DNA from: Octopus bimaculoides
Taxonomy: Eukaryota
Assembly: GCF_001194135.2 (NCBI RefSeq)
Contig: NC_068993.1
Location: forward strand, 4,198,106-4,262,105
DNA length: 64,000 nucleotides
Direction of reading: 5' to 3'
The notes under the pieces were generated by a model. That model was not told the DNA's origin, ran no database searches, and worked only from the letters and a program-made list of their open reading frames with translations. A program made the translations under genes and the position numbers. Position 1 is the stretch's first letter; every line of letters begins with the position of its first letter. Shown one piece after another: positions 12,476-25,835 of this stretch.

Positions 12476-12711
12476 AATAGTGCTCGAACTATTTCTGAAT
12501 TATGGCTTGTTGCCTTTTCCAGGCCCATGAGGAACTTTCATTCAACGAAATCTTAGAATAATTTTCTACAAATTTGGTGTTTAAACAGAATATTTTCTTG
12601 CTCCCTATAAGATTGAAAGCTGAAATCGCACTCGGAAGGCAAATTGATATAAGCACTAAAATACTTCTAGACTCCAGTGCCATTTAGTCTTTTGTTATTG
12701 ATCAATAATGG

Positions 12712-12930
12712 TTTAAAATTTTGGCACAAGGCCAGCAATTTTAATGGGAAGAAATTAGTCGATTACATCGCCCACAGAATAAGATTAGTACTTTATTTTA
12801 TCGAGCACGAAAGAATAACAGACAAAATTCACCTCAGCAGGATTTGAACTTGGCACACAAAGCAAAACTGGAAGAAATGCTGTAAAGAATTTAGCTCAAC
12901 ATGCTAACTATTCTGCCAGCTAGCCGCTTT
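12712..12930 (-). mobile_element. SINE family 1, diverged
   Basis: GGCACAAGGCC...GTCGATTACATCG...ATTTGAACT...TTCTGCCAGCT. Confidence 0.75.
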
Positions 12931-13144
12931 AACGATCTCGTTCATACTAAATGTCTCTTAAACCGGAAAGACTTTTTGAAAAGCACTGAATATTCATATG
13001 GTTCTTTTAAAGTAGTTTATTGATAATCAATATGCAAATATTTACCCAAAACCACTCCGCAAAAAGCAAAAAAAAAAAATTGTATAACGAAGACAATGTG
13101 AGAAGAAAATTAAACCAAACCTAATTATACTTGTTATCTTTGAG

Positions 13145-13525
13145 ATTACTTTGTATTTGTTTCAGTCAGTGGACTGTGGCCATGCTGGGGCACGGCCTTG
13201 AAGAGATATTAGTATAACAATACTACTCCAATATTTATGTTTTTGAAAAAAAATCTGTTACTAATTTTATCAGCGTTATTTGCCAAACAGCTTGGTTACA
13301 TGAACGTAAACAAACCAAGCGATGTCAAGCGATAGTGGTGGGGTACAAACACAAACGTACACACGTAAACACACACACACACATTTATAAATACATACGA
13401 CGGGATTCTATCTTCCAAATTCACTCACAAGACAATTATCAGCTCAAGGTTGTAACAGAAAGCACTTACACTATGTATCGCAATGTGGAACTAATACCAA
13501 AAGCACGCACTTGTTAACCATGCAT
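13145..13525 (-). mobile_element. SINE family 2, diverged
   Basis: GACTGTGGCCATGCTGGGGCAC...GTCAAGCGAT...TACGACGGG...CACTCACAAG. Confidence 0.7.
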
Positions 13526-14076
13526 CTATATGCCTACGCCTAGCTTCTTAATCACAAAGCTAAGACAAGAGGAAATCACACAAAATCTATTATAAACAGT
13601 TGTCAAGGAAACGGAAAAGGTAAAATTAATGAATTAAAATATATGTCGTTGATGTTTTAGGATTTCATATTTCACTATTATTTTAATGGGCAACATTTTA
13701 TTATGAATGATATTTTCTGTCATGTATCTAGAAGAAAAAAAACTAACATTACATGATTAATACGTGTCTTGTTATTGTTTTAACATTAATACTTTTCGAG
13801 TGTACTTTTAAGCAACAGCAAGAATTTGCTTGTGTTTATGATTTTTATTTGCTTAAATAAAGCAGCAGACTGATAGTTTTGATTTAGCTTATTGATTGTC
13901 CAAGGCCGTATGTGCACCGTTGAAATCTTATCCAATCTTCGCTGTAGTGTTGTGTTCTAAATGTATATTTATGCTGACTATTACTAACTTTAAACTAACT
14001 TGTGGTTATACCAATGTATACTATTCCGTACGGGTTTACTTATATAGCTATGTGTATATATATATATATATATACA

Positions 14077-14079
<3 letters not shown>

Positions 14080-14160
<81 letters not shown>
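14080..14160. repeat. (CA)n microsatellite
   Basis: Pure dinucleotide tract. Confidence 0.95.
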
Positions 14161-14163
<3 letters not shown>

Positions 14164-14584
14164 TATTTATATTTCGTTCTAAATCGGAGTTTCATACCCA
14201 GTATATGCCAAACAATCATGTGCCGACAAACTCAACAATTCTGAAAAAAACATCTCCAACAAATTTATACCCAAACTTGAGAGTGTAACTGTGTCACCAG
14301 AAAATGTGTGGAAACTAGTTTAGATAATTAGGAGCTGTTATAGTAATTGCGATATTTCTATATCAATATGCGTCTTGGCTTTATTTTCAAGTGCCTTTTC
14401 GTTTTCGTTGCATCTAGCTCTGTAAATATTATCCCTCTGTATTTTATTTATTTTCTCAATTATTGAGCTTTCTTATTAATCTGCTTTGCACGGAAACGAT
14501 TCACAGTATAATTCACCAATTTATTTATTCATATAATTACTATATGTACACCCACACATAAACATATGTATACGTGAACGCTTG

Positions 14585-14638
<54 letters not shown>

Positions 14639-14759
14639 CCTATGTTAGCATATATACGTATATATGCATACATATATATGCATATACAATATATATGCAA
14701 ATATATACATACACGTACATAAGTATATTTATAGATCAATCACTCGCTTTTTCTTCACC

Positions 14760-14792
<33 letters not shown>

Positions 14793-15427
14793 ATATACAC
14801 ACACATATGTGTATTTTGATATGTATGCGTATGCTTATATATACATATATCCGTGTGCATATGTGTGTAAATGTGTATACAAATATATACATATATATGC
14901 ATACACTCATGCACTTATACAGACACACACACACACACGCATACTCACACTCACACACATACACACAGAGGAAAACAATGCAAATATTCCCAATTTTTTG
15001 TTCTTCCTTTATCTTGATTGAACATTAGAAATAGTCAGATAGTGGTGACGAAGGGGAAGAGGACAACGACGATGACTGGGGAAAAATATATCAATCTAAA
15101 AAGAAACGAAAAGAAGGAAGCTAATGAAAACAAATATATAAGAAACTAAATCATCTACTTTTAGATTAATATAAATATGAATTAACGGTAGAGAACACTC
15201 CCCCTTCACCTCTTCCCGCATCTCTCCCCCTCTCTTTATCGTTATCTGCTTCGCTAATCAATAGTTACACTCTCCACCCCTGCTTGATACTGTTATTGTT
15301 TCACACCTACCAACAATTCTCAGTCCCATATTTTCTCTCTGTGCTCTGCTAACCTTCTTTTTGGCAGGCAACCCTTTGCTAATGGTATTTTCATGTTAAT
15401 ATTGGTATTTCAATTTACTCCCGATAT

Positions 15428-15488
<61 letters not shown>

Positions 15489-16063
15489 NNNNNNNNNNNN
15501 NNNNNNNNNNNNNNNNNNNNNNNNNNNNNNNNNNNNNNNNNNNNNNNNNNNNNNNNNNNNNNNNNNNNNNNNNNNNNNNNNNNNNNNNNNNNNNNNNNNN
15601 NNNNNNNNNNNNNNNNNNNNNNNNNNNNNNNNNNNNNNNNNNNNNNNNNNNNNNNNNNNNNNNNNNNNNNNNNNNNNNNNNNNNNNNNNNNNNNNNNNNN
15701 NNNNNNNNNNNNNNNNNNNNNNNNNNNNNNNNNNNNNNNNNNNNNNNNNNNNNNNNNNNNNNNNNNNNNNNNNNNNNNNNNNNNNNNNNNNNNNNNNNNN
15801 NNNNNNNNNNNNNNNNNNNNNNNNNNNNNNNNNNNNNNNNNNNNNNNNNNNNNNNNNNNNNNNNNNNNNNNNNNNNNNNNNNNNNNNNNNNNNNNNNNNN
15901 NNNNNNNNNNNNNNNNNNNNNNNNNNNNNNNNNNNNNNNNNNNNNNNNNNNNNNNNNNNNNNNNNNNNNNNNNNNNNNNNNNNNNNNNNNNNNNNNNNNN
16001 NNNNNNNNNNNNNNNNNNNNNNNNNNNNNNNNNNNNNATATATATATATATATATGTATATAT

Positions 16064-16163
16064 TGAAGAGCGTAGGCTCGAAACGTTAAATACTTTCTCT
16101 ATTTCCGAGCGTTATACTAATACATCCATTTGTCTTCGTCGGTTGATTTTTCGTGAATTCTCC
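16064..16163 (+). mobile_element. Family B short repeat with 5'-truncated hammerhead
   Basis: GAA-GAGC(GTAG)GCTC-GAAA-CGTT-AAA, then tail GAGCGTTATACTAATACATCC...TTCTCC; (TA)n on both sides. Confidence 0.65.
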
Positions 16164-16214
16164 TATATATATATATTATATACATGCGTGTATTTGTATT
16201 TACTACCCCATGCT

Positions 16215-16385
16215 TGACAACCGCTGTTGGTTTGCCTATGTCCCCATAAATTAGTGGTTCCGCAAAAGAGTCCCATAGACAAAGTACGAAACTTTAAAAA
16301 ATAAATGTTAGCATCGATTAATCTGACCAAACCATTCAGGGCGGCATGATGGCATCGTGGTAGTTCAATGACTGAAAGCAGAAGA
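16215..16385 (+). mobile_element. SINE family 2, 3' half
   Basis: GCTTGACAACCG...TTGGT...TAGTGGTTC...GGGCGG...ATGACTGAAA. Confidence 0.65.
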
Positions 16386-17160
16386 CAGACGATAAAACAT
16401 ACAAGAAATATAATGTAAATGATTGATCGATTAACCGATCGATTAATCAAACAGTTGATGATTTAATTGGTCAAATAACTGACCTATCAACAAATAAATA
16501 TTAAAAGCAGTGAAACAGAACTAGGGCGTGGGTTTATTATTGGCATAATGACCCTCCCAAAATATGAACACAGTACCTTGCTATGAATGAGAATTGTAGA
16601 TCTAGCTTCCGTATGGCATACTCCTAACAATTACTTAGATAATTGCTTGCAGATATTCTGTTATGCTATTATTGATTGTTTTAGCTTGGATGAAACACCG
16701 ATATTTTATATATTTTGTAATTTTAAGCTAATGTTGGAAGAAATCATCGCATGTAAGAGGTAATCGCACTCATATTCTGGAAATATGCATATATATAGAT
16801 ATACGAGATAAATGATTTTCGTATGCAACCAAGTGTGCAGTTATGTGCGAGTGCATTTGTGTGTATATAAGTGTACTACGCATTAATATGTTTGTATGTA
16901 AGTATGTATACATACATACACACACATACATATATGCATACATATATACGTACATATATACATATGTTCGTAAGTACAAGTGCATGAAAAGTCATATTTG
17001 CACCTAAAGTACTGCACGCTCATACACAAAAGGAATATTTAAATATAAACCTCCAAACATATCCATGACGTAAACACGCAGATGTATTTTGCATATGCAT
17101 GAACACCTATCCATCTATATCTATGCATACATACACACACACACATATACATACATACAA

Positions 17161-17198
<38 letters not shown>

Positions 17199-17434
17199 NN
17201 NNNNNNNNNNNNNNNNNNNNNNNNNNNNNNNNNNNNNNNNNNNNNNNNNNNNNNNNNNNNNNNNNNNNNNNNNNNNNNNNNNNNNNNNNNNNNNNNNNNN
17301 NNNNNNNNNNNNNNNNNNNNNNNNNNNNNNNNNNNNNNNNNNNNNNNNNNNNNNNNNNNNNNNNNNNNNNNNNNNNNNNNNNNNNNNNNNNNNNNNNNNN
17401 NNNNNNNNNNNNNNNNNNNNNNNNNNNNNNNNNN

Positions 17435-17469
<35 letters not shown>

Positions 17470-17638
17470 ATATACATATATACATACATACATGTAAGTA
17501 TAGATGTGTATACATGGGCGTCTCAGTGTTTACATGTACACACACACACCAACCCACACACACACTCACATACACACACATTTATACATATGTGAGAGGG
17601 TGTGTGTGTGGTTGAGTGGGTGTATTTAGATATAAAAC

Positions 17639-17718
17639 TTCACAGCTTCATTAATGGGGTTTCATGTCAGCGCAAGGTAATCATCAGACGACATGAAACT
17701 CAGTAATGAAGCTGTGAA
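17639..17718. ncRNA. Pre-miRNA-like hairpin (candidate)
   Basis: TTCACAGCTTCATTA..GTTTCATGTC / GACATGAAAC..TAATGAAGCTGTGAA: 15-bp and 10-bp perfect helices, 21-nt loop. Confidence 0.35.
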
Positions 17719-18035
17719 ATTTTAAGTTCCAATATATAAATAAATAATTAGAAACTCTTTCACGGTTATTGAGTACCATCTTCTTTGATTAAACCTTGGA
17801 ATATCGTCTTAGATACATGCACACATGTAACTGTACATGGGCATGTGCATACCTACACACAGGCCCACACACACATGCGTGTAGACAGAGATACGTTAGC
17901 CACAAATTATGAATAACTGCATTCACATAGTCATAGAAACACACACACGCATACACGCACATGCACACACACATGCAAGCACACACGCATATACTAATAT
18001 ACTAATAAATATATATGTGTGTCTGTGTGTGTGTG

Positions 18036-18089
<54 letters not shown>

Positions 18090-18432
18090 TGCATATGTAG
18101 AGGCACATACNNNNNNNNNNNNNNNNNNNNNNNNNNNNNNNNNNNNNNNNNNNNNNNNNNNNNNNNNNNNNNNNNNNNNNNNNNNNNNNNNNNNNNNNNN
18201 NNNNNNNNNNNNNNNNNNNNNNNNNNNNNNNNNNNNNNNNNNNNNNNNNNNNNNNNNNNNNNNNNNNNNNNNNNNNNNNNNNNNNNNNNNNNNNNNNNNN
18301 NNNNNNNNNNNNNNNNNNNNNNNNNNNNNNNNNNNNNNNNNNNNNNNNNNNNNNNNNNNNNNNNNNNNNNNNNNNNNNNNNNNNNNNNNTATATATACAT
18401 ACATACACACGCATATATATATATAGACAGAC

Positions 18433-18481
<49 letters not shown>

Positions 18482-18620
18482 TGCGTATAAGCATGATTAT
18501 GTAAGTTTAATGTATATTTGTAATATGAAACATAAGTGCATTTGCTGAATGCACTGAATGCACAGACACACACACACACACACACGCACACACACACTCA
18601 CACACATTCACCCGCACGCA

Positions 18621-18663
<43 letters not shown>

Positions 18664-19231
18664 CAATGAAACGGTATGTGGGGGAAATACAGAAAAGAAT
18701 GGTGTAGTTAGAAGAAAAAGAGGTGTTTGTAAGAAAAACAGATCGAAAGAAACTAAAACCAAAGAGAAATAATAATAAGAATAATAAGAGAAATAAGATG
18801 AGCGGGAAAGAAAGGGTTAGAACAAATGATAGACAAGAGAGACGGTGAGAGAGAGAGAGCAAGGCAAGACAGGCGTTCTTTAATTTAATCCTTACTATAT
18901 CCATATCTTTCACAAGAGAACTTTCATTTTCATTCGCTATTGATACATAATTATAGAACATAGCACTAAATATTCGGCTGTCACATATAAAACTTATCAG
19001 TGTTTTGACACATTTCAGATTATTTGCAAGAAATGGTGAGCAATTTATCCTGAAAGTGTTTCCTATGATAACTGCGCAATGCTGAAAATTCTTCAGTCGA
19101 ACAGACGTTTAATATTAACTCTTATTGCTTAGGCATCATACATAGCACATACACACATACATTCACACGGACACACACACATACATACGTAGGTATGTAT
19201 TATGTATGTATATATTATGTATATATGTATT

Positions 19232-19279
<48 letters not shown>

Positions 19280-19916
19280 TATATGTATATATGTTTGTAT
19301 ATATATATATCCATACACACACACATATATATACATATATATTATAGTGGGTATGCCGGTTTATGGGGTCACCCTGAGTTTCTCGTTCATAAGGGGTTTA
19401 GCCTTACGGCGTATCTTCAAACCCCAAACACTGCTGGCCAGAGACCTCTTCAGCAGAGATTAGGATCTGCCTACCCACAGTTATATTTACTGGTCTACAT
19501 CTTAGAGTGTGCTTCTCCTCTGGATTTATGTATTGCTGCAAACGATCCTATATATATATATATGATTTTATTAAAATTTAGCATACAGATAGAGAGGTAG
19601 ATAAATAGATTGATAGATAGATAGTTTGATAGATAGATAAGAATATATATGTGTATGTGCATAATAATAAATAATTTGGGCAAACAAGTAAAAGCCGATT
19701 AGTGTGTTGAAATATTGAGTAGAGCACCGGCACAAATTAGGCTGCCTGTTGTCATCGGCAGTCGTGGTATATTTCCGTTGGATCTGCTTCAGGAACTCCG
19801 CAATGGGAATTAGAGGAATAATATTATTTGCTTTTATTTATTCATTCTCTAACTTGATGGACATATAACAACAAGCCAGTCAACATTAACAATCTGTGGT
19901 GAGATATATCTTTATC

Positions 19917-19970
19917 GATCTACCTGATGAGACCCAGACTCATGGGTCGAAACATACGTTGTACCCAATC
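19917..19970 (+). ncRNA. Type I hammerhead ribozyme motif (family C)
   Basis: TAC-CTGATGA-GACCCA(GACTCA)TGGGTC-GAAAC-ATAC-GT-T-GTA; perfect 6-bp helix II and complete core. Confidence 0.7.
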
Positions 19971-20119
19971 TACGGATCTCTCTTTTCGTCGAACTGCAAG
20001 ACAATGAAGACGTAAACAAACCAACACTACTCGCCAAACGGCAAAAGACAAAAGCAAAGATACGCGCATATACCCGCACGCCTCTACACACTTATATGCA
20101 CACATACACACAAATATAC

Positions 20120-20285
20120 ATCCACACATATACTAGGCTTCTGCATAGTTTCCCCTCTACCAAATTTTCTCATTTGGCCTTAATCTGTTCGGGCCTATGC
20201 AAGAATGAACCTGTTCAACGCACTTCGAAATAAGACTGAACCCCAGAACCATGCAGTCAAGAAGTGACCTTGTTATCTCATGCAT
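20120..20285 (-). mobile_element. SINE family 2, diverged 5' half
   Basis: GGCTTCT..CATAGTTTCC..CTACCAAATT...GACTGAACCCCAGAACCATG. Confidence 0.6.
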
Positions 20286-20797
20286 AATAAATACATACAA
20301 TGTTTTAAACAGCAGCAACAGCAGCAACAGCAGCAGCAGCACTAGCAGCAGTAGTAGTAGTAGAAGTAGTAGTATAATGACTGTTGGCTCTTTAAAGACA
20401 CGTTAAGATAACGGAATTATCTATCGCTTCTTTAAATGTCTGGCGTAGCAATATAAAGACACTTTGTGTTTCATTTATATTTTCTGTGTTTATGAAAGTT
20501 TAACTGAAGTTATATGACAGATAAGCCACTCAATTATAAACTGGGTATATAAGTAGAAGAGACAATAGGAGATGTTCTTTTATTGGTTTATATTCTTTTT
20601 ACGCTCTTCGTTGAATGGGGTGTGCGGCCATACTGGAGGACCGTCTCAAAAAGTTTTGGTCGATTTTATCGACCCCAGTGTTTATATTACTCAGGCACGT
20701 ATTTTAATTGATGTTTCCATTGTCTGAATGGTTTATGCTAGCTAAGTATTTCTTTTTACGCAGCATCGATTTTACACTGACGAAGCAGTGAGAGACG

Positions 20798-20830
<33 letters not shown>

Positions 20831-22011
20831 ATAAGCACGCACGCACGCAAACGCACACTAAATGTGTATGTGTTGCGTGTCAAAAACGCTGACGAAGCCA
20901 AAATCTCGCCACCAGCCCGTCTAACTACAAATTCCCAAAACTATCCGACAGATTTCCACGGTTTCCAACAATAGCTTAGAGGAGATGGATTACCTACATC
21001 TCTTGAGGGTTTGAAATATGGGTTTTTTAAATTTTGCCCTGGGATATAGATGTTTTGTTTATTCTGTTGGTTTGGAGATAATAAGCTTAATCCGTGGCAC
21101 CTGGTCCTTGAGTGCTTTTATGAGAGCCCACTATATGGTTACGTACTCACGTTGGGTGTCTCACTTGAAGATTACTTACTTTTTTCTTCCTTGATGTCTT
21201 AGAGATCTTGAAAGGGGTTACATGCGCTGTCTTTCTTTCTTCGACTCAACCATAAAAAGCCTCTAAAAGGACTGCTAGGATAAGAGAAGAGCCACAAATG
21301 AATCAGTAAAGACGGCGCAAGATTCACTCAGTGTTGAAGCAAAATAGCGAAAAGGACAATACTTTAAATAACACTGAAATGGTTGACATAGTTTTATATG
21401 TATTCATGTTCTATTGTATCAACGGCTATTTCCGTTTTATTGGTCATGCTTCATTGATAATTAAATCATTGAACGTTTTTACTTGTAAATCATTCCCGAT
21501 CATTTGTCAATATATATTTGATTGTAATAAAACCAATTTACACTGCGATAAAAACTCACATCTATCTGAAGAGAATTATCTCTCAACAACTCGTTAGTTC
21601 TCTACAGTTTAAAATGTTGCTGTTGCAGTCGTTGTTGGTCGTATTACTGTTGATGGGGTCGTTGGTGGTGTGTAGGCCTAGGTAAGTCCTGGATGAATTG
21701 AGCAATGACGAAGGGTGCTCCGGATTTTATTTTAATTTTGTTTTAATTTTTAAGAAAAGTGTAATAAAGACTATTTAATTATATTGTGGTCGTTCAATTT
21801 TTAGAATATGATTAGGTGTGAATTTAAGGTTTCGCTGCTATAACTCTTGATGTCATAGTTTTGAGGTCAGCAATTTTAAAATGTCTACAGTAATTTCTTT
21901 AAAATAACAGAAATATATGAAAACGCGATTATATTGTAGAAGTAAACAGATGAGTACCATATAACTTTTCTTGGACTATGCGCTTTCTTCTCTTTGGACG
22001 TTTACCTCTTT

Positions 22012-22140
22012 CCTCTTTCTGACGAAGAATCATGTCCGAAACGTCGCAGCTCCTCTTTTTTTTCCATCTTACTTTCTCTGAGCGTCAATCTAATATATTC
22101 ACTGTGTATGTGCTTCTGACTGTTGTTGTTTTCCAGTTTT
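22012..22140 (+). mobile_element. Family B repeat with hammerhead core, degenerate helices
   Basis: TCTTT-CTGACGA-AGAATCATGTCC-GAAA-CGTC; downstream TGAGCGTCAATCTAATATATTC resembles the family B tail. Confidence 0.5.
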
Positions 22141-22169
22141 TGATTTGCATCCTTTCTTTTTCTTTTATT

Positions 22170-22380
22170 CATTTACTTGTTTCACTCATTTGACTTCGGC
22201 CATGCCGGAGCACCTCTACGAAGGGATTTTAGTCGAACAAATCGACCCTAGGACATTTTTAAAGCCTAGTACTTATTCTATTGGTCTATTTTGTCGAACC
22301 GCTAAGTTACGGGGACATAAACGCACCAACGCCGGTTTTCAAGCGGTGATGGTGGGGACAAACACAAAGACACACACACA
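22170..22380 (-). mobile_element. SINE family 2, 3' half, CpG-intact
   Basis: GGCCATGCCGGAGCACC...GTACTTATTCTAT...CGAACCGCTAAGTTACGGGGAC...TCAAGCGG. Confidence 0.85.
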
Positions 22381-22395
22381 TAGGTATATACATAC

Positions 22396-22440
<45 letters not shown>

Positions 22441-24244
22441 CATGTATGTATGTATGTATGCGTGTTTGTTCTCAAACATACGCACCTCCCTGTATATGAG
22501 CGAATGTGTTTATACGTGTGTATATAAGACGAATGGAAAATGTTACCTGTTGTACGTCAATGCCTTCTCCAGGAGAATATTAATCTCACATCGACAATGG
22601 AGGTTTTACATTACATTGCGTTAACAGTCAGCATGTGATCGTGTGAATATGAAAATTAATCTACGTAACTTATAGCATATACGGATGTATATAACATAGA
22701 AATATATANNNNNNNNNNNNNNNNNNNNNNNNNNNNNNNNNNNNNNNNNNNNNNNNNNNNNNNNNNNNNNNNNNNNNNNNNNNNNNNNNNNNNNNNNNNN
22801 NNNNNNNNNNNNNNNNNNNNNNNNNNNNNNNNNNNNNNNNNNNNNNNNNNNNNNNNNNNNNNNNNNNNNNNNNNNNNNNNNNNNNNNNNNNNNNNNNNNN
22901 NNNNNNNNNNNNNNNNNNNNNNNNNNNNNNNNNNNNNNNNNNNNNNNNNNNNNNNNNNNNNNNNNNNNNNNNNNNNNNNNNNNNNNNNNNNNNNNNNNNN
23001 NNNNNNNNNNNNNNNNNNNNNNNNNNNNNNNNNNNNNNNNNNNNNNNNNNNNNNNNNNNNNNNNNNNNNNNNNNNNNNNNNNNNNNNNNNNNNNNNNNNN
23101 NNNNNNNNNNNNNNNNNNNNNNNNNNNNNNNNNNNNNNNNNNNNNNNNNNNNNNNNNNNNNNNNNNNNNNNNNNNNNNNNNNNNNNNNNNNNNNNNNNNN
23201 NNNNNNNNNNNNNNNNNNNNNNNNNNNNNNNNNNNNNNNNNNNNNNNNNNNNNNNNNNNNNNNNNNNNNNNNNNNNNNNNNNNNNNNNNNNNNNNNNNNN
23301 NNNNNNNNNNNNNNNNNNNNNNNNNNNNNNNNNNNNNNNNNNNNNNNNNNNNNNNNNNNNNNNNNNNNNNNNNNNNNNNNNNNNNNNNNNNNNNNNNNNN
23401 NNNNNNNNNNNNNNNNNNNNNNNNNNNNNNNNNNNNNNNNNNNNNNNNNGGGAGGGAGGGAGGGAGAGTGTGTGTGAGAGAGAGAGGGAGCAAGAGAGAG
23501 AGATTAGTAGAAATTATAGCAAAAAGGAAGACAAAATTGAAAAAAGAGTGCGAAAATTTGAATTTGAAAACATTTCATTTTGAAAGTGTCTCCTAAATTT
23601 ACAAGTGTATGACCATTGTAACATGTTAAAAACTATTAAATTGAAAAACTCCATAAATATTTATCAGCACTTCAAGTTCCCAAAACATTAAATTTCTCTT
23701 AAAAATAAACACCATTTCCAGAGCCATAAACTCATGCATTTTCCAGTTGAATATAGATGCTTCTGGTGAAGATATTACCGTATTTCTATGTTAAACCAAT
23801 TGCACAAGGTTTGCAGAAAGTGGTAATGGCAGCTATAAAGTTAACTACAGTTTCTAATAATTGGTGAATACACGTGCGTGTGTGTATGCAAATATATACA
23901 TACATGTATGTATATAAACACATATACATATATATATGTATGCATATGTAAAGACAGACACACACAGTCACCCTCTTCTCTCTCTCTCTCTCTCACTCAT
24001 TCTTTCTTTGTCTCTGTCTCTCAAACACACATATATACATAATATACATATATACACATGCAGATAAATACGTGTGTGTCTGTGTGAATGTGTGTGTTCA
24101 CTTTATATGTATAATTTTTCTATATTAATATTCACATTACAACTTAAAGTTTCGCCATTTCGTGACATGACAGATATAGATGTGTCTGTGTGTGTATGGT
24201 TGTGGGTGTATAAACACACACACCTACACACATATATATAGACG

Positions 24245-24282
<38 letters not shown>

Positions 24283-25340
24283 TGTGTGTAATGTATATCT
24301 TTACAAACACATACGCATACAAACATTTATATATAATGATCAGGTGCACACGCAATATAATGCTTTCAATTTACATGTAAAAGCATAGATACATAAAATG
24401 TTGATATAAACATCAATATTACTTTTCGGACAGTGAGATCTGAAATATCGTTGAAGTGCACAGTTTCCAGTAAGGCAGAAGGGATTTAGTGGACTGATAA
24501 ATCGAGTTTGTTCGGCTGGAAGAGTGTAAGCTCAGAAGAAGCAGGAGTACCACATTTAATTCCCTGTCCTAACGAAGGAATATGAACAATAAAAGTGAAA
24601 TTATCCTCCCCTCATCTACATTAAATTGCTCTATATTTGAGAGCTTGGTTTATATTATTGAGAAATATGTTTTTATCTATGATATTTTGTAAAAGCGAAG
24701 CAAACAGCTGAATATTGAGTTGTCTAAAGCTCCACGGATAGTTTACACAGTACTTATACACTTCTGGTTGAGGAAAAACATTAGCACAATAAATAAGTGG
24801 ACGCTTATCTCTTGCGTCAGAGCCGATGCCCATTCAACAATCAGCTAACTCTATGACCCAGGCGTACTGATTAATAGGAATGAGCTTTACACATTCTCCA
24901 ATAGGAATCAGCCTTCTTCAGGACATAAAGGTTTGTCTTATCTCTTAGTAGCGCAAGATCTGAATGGTTATCCGTGTTTTTAGAGATGTGAAACTTTCAG
25001 CAATCCCAGTGTAGATCAGAAACTGTGAATACAAATATTAAATGTCTTTGACATGTGTTGAGATATTTACTATGGTTGCATATCTGTTCGTGTGGGTTGG
25101 TACTCATGGACTGCCTACGTTTGTACATCTGCTCAATCGAGGCTGATGCTGAATGGAGAAACAACAGCAAAAACAACAAGAACAAGAACAAGAGCAATAC
25201 AATCACAGATTCTCTATGCATGTATCATTGCAAAAACACAACGATTTAGATTCCTCCGTCGTACGTTTGCCAAATACTTTTTCAGTTCTCTTTCCTGTTG
25301 GTCAATTTTTCTTCATCCCTAATTTCACATATTCTCTTTC

Positions 25341-25343
<3 letters not shown>

Positions 25344-25410
<67 letters not shown>
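25344..25410. repeat. (CT)n microsatellite
   Basis: Read directly from the sequence. Confidence 0.95.
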
Positions 25411-25414
<4 letters not shown>

Positions 25415-25649
25415 CCCTTCTCTCCCTACCTTTCTCTCTCTATCTGTTGAAAATTTTTGTTTCTTTACAACATTATCACATGTTGTTTTAAGGTGTCCAT
25501 TTCGTGTTTTACCTTTCAACATTTGCCAAATTCTCTTATTTTATGTCATCTTCCAAAACTGGCATTGGATTCTAAAGGAATATTCTGAAAGACAATTTAT
25601 TTTGCCATTTTCTTTTTTCTTGTTATGAAATGTCTTTCAATATTGGTTT

Positions 25650-25835
25650 CAAATTTTGGCACCAGACCAGCATTATCGGAGGAGGGGGGATAGTCCATTA
25701 TATCGATCCCAATGCTCAAATGGTGCTTATTTTATCGATCTCGGAAGGACGAAAGGTAAAATTGAACTCAGAACGTAAAAACGGACGAAAATGCCGCTAA
25801 GTGTTTTGTCCGGCGTGCTAACGATTCTGCCCCCT
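25650..25835 (-). mobile_element. SINE family 1, CpG-intact
   Basis: TATCGATC...TTGAACTCAGAACGTAAAAACGGACG...GCTAACGATTCTGCC. Confidence 0.85.

Noticed and set aside
14220-14325. Frame ...IPKLESVTVSPENVWKLV, faintly like the LINE ORF2 region upstream of RT
   Set aside because: Too short, and no RT motifs nearby.
15039-15124. DSGDEGEEDNDDDWGKIYQSKKKRKEGS* resembling an acidic C-terminus with an NLS
   Set aside because: Poor acceptor, and the purine-rich low-complexity composition explains the peptide.
17669-17690. Box C/D-like TGATGA..CTGA, and CTGATGA..GAAAC, on the minus strand of the hairpin
   Set aside because: Spacing is too short for a snoRNA, and no helix II can form for a hammerhead.
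20776-20905. Two CTGACGAAGC motifs
   Set aside because: Neither has a helix II followed by GAAA; at best decayed hammerhead remnants.
20916-20930. ACTACAAATTCCCA resembling a ZNF143/Staf site
   Set aside because: Spacing is one base off the consensus, and there is no other promoter evidence.
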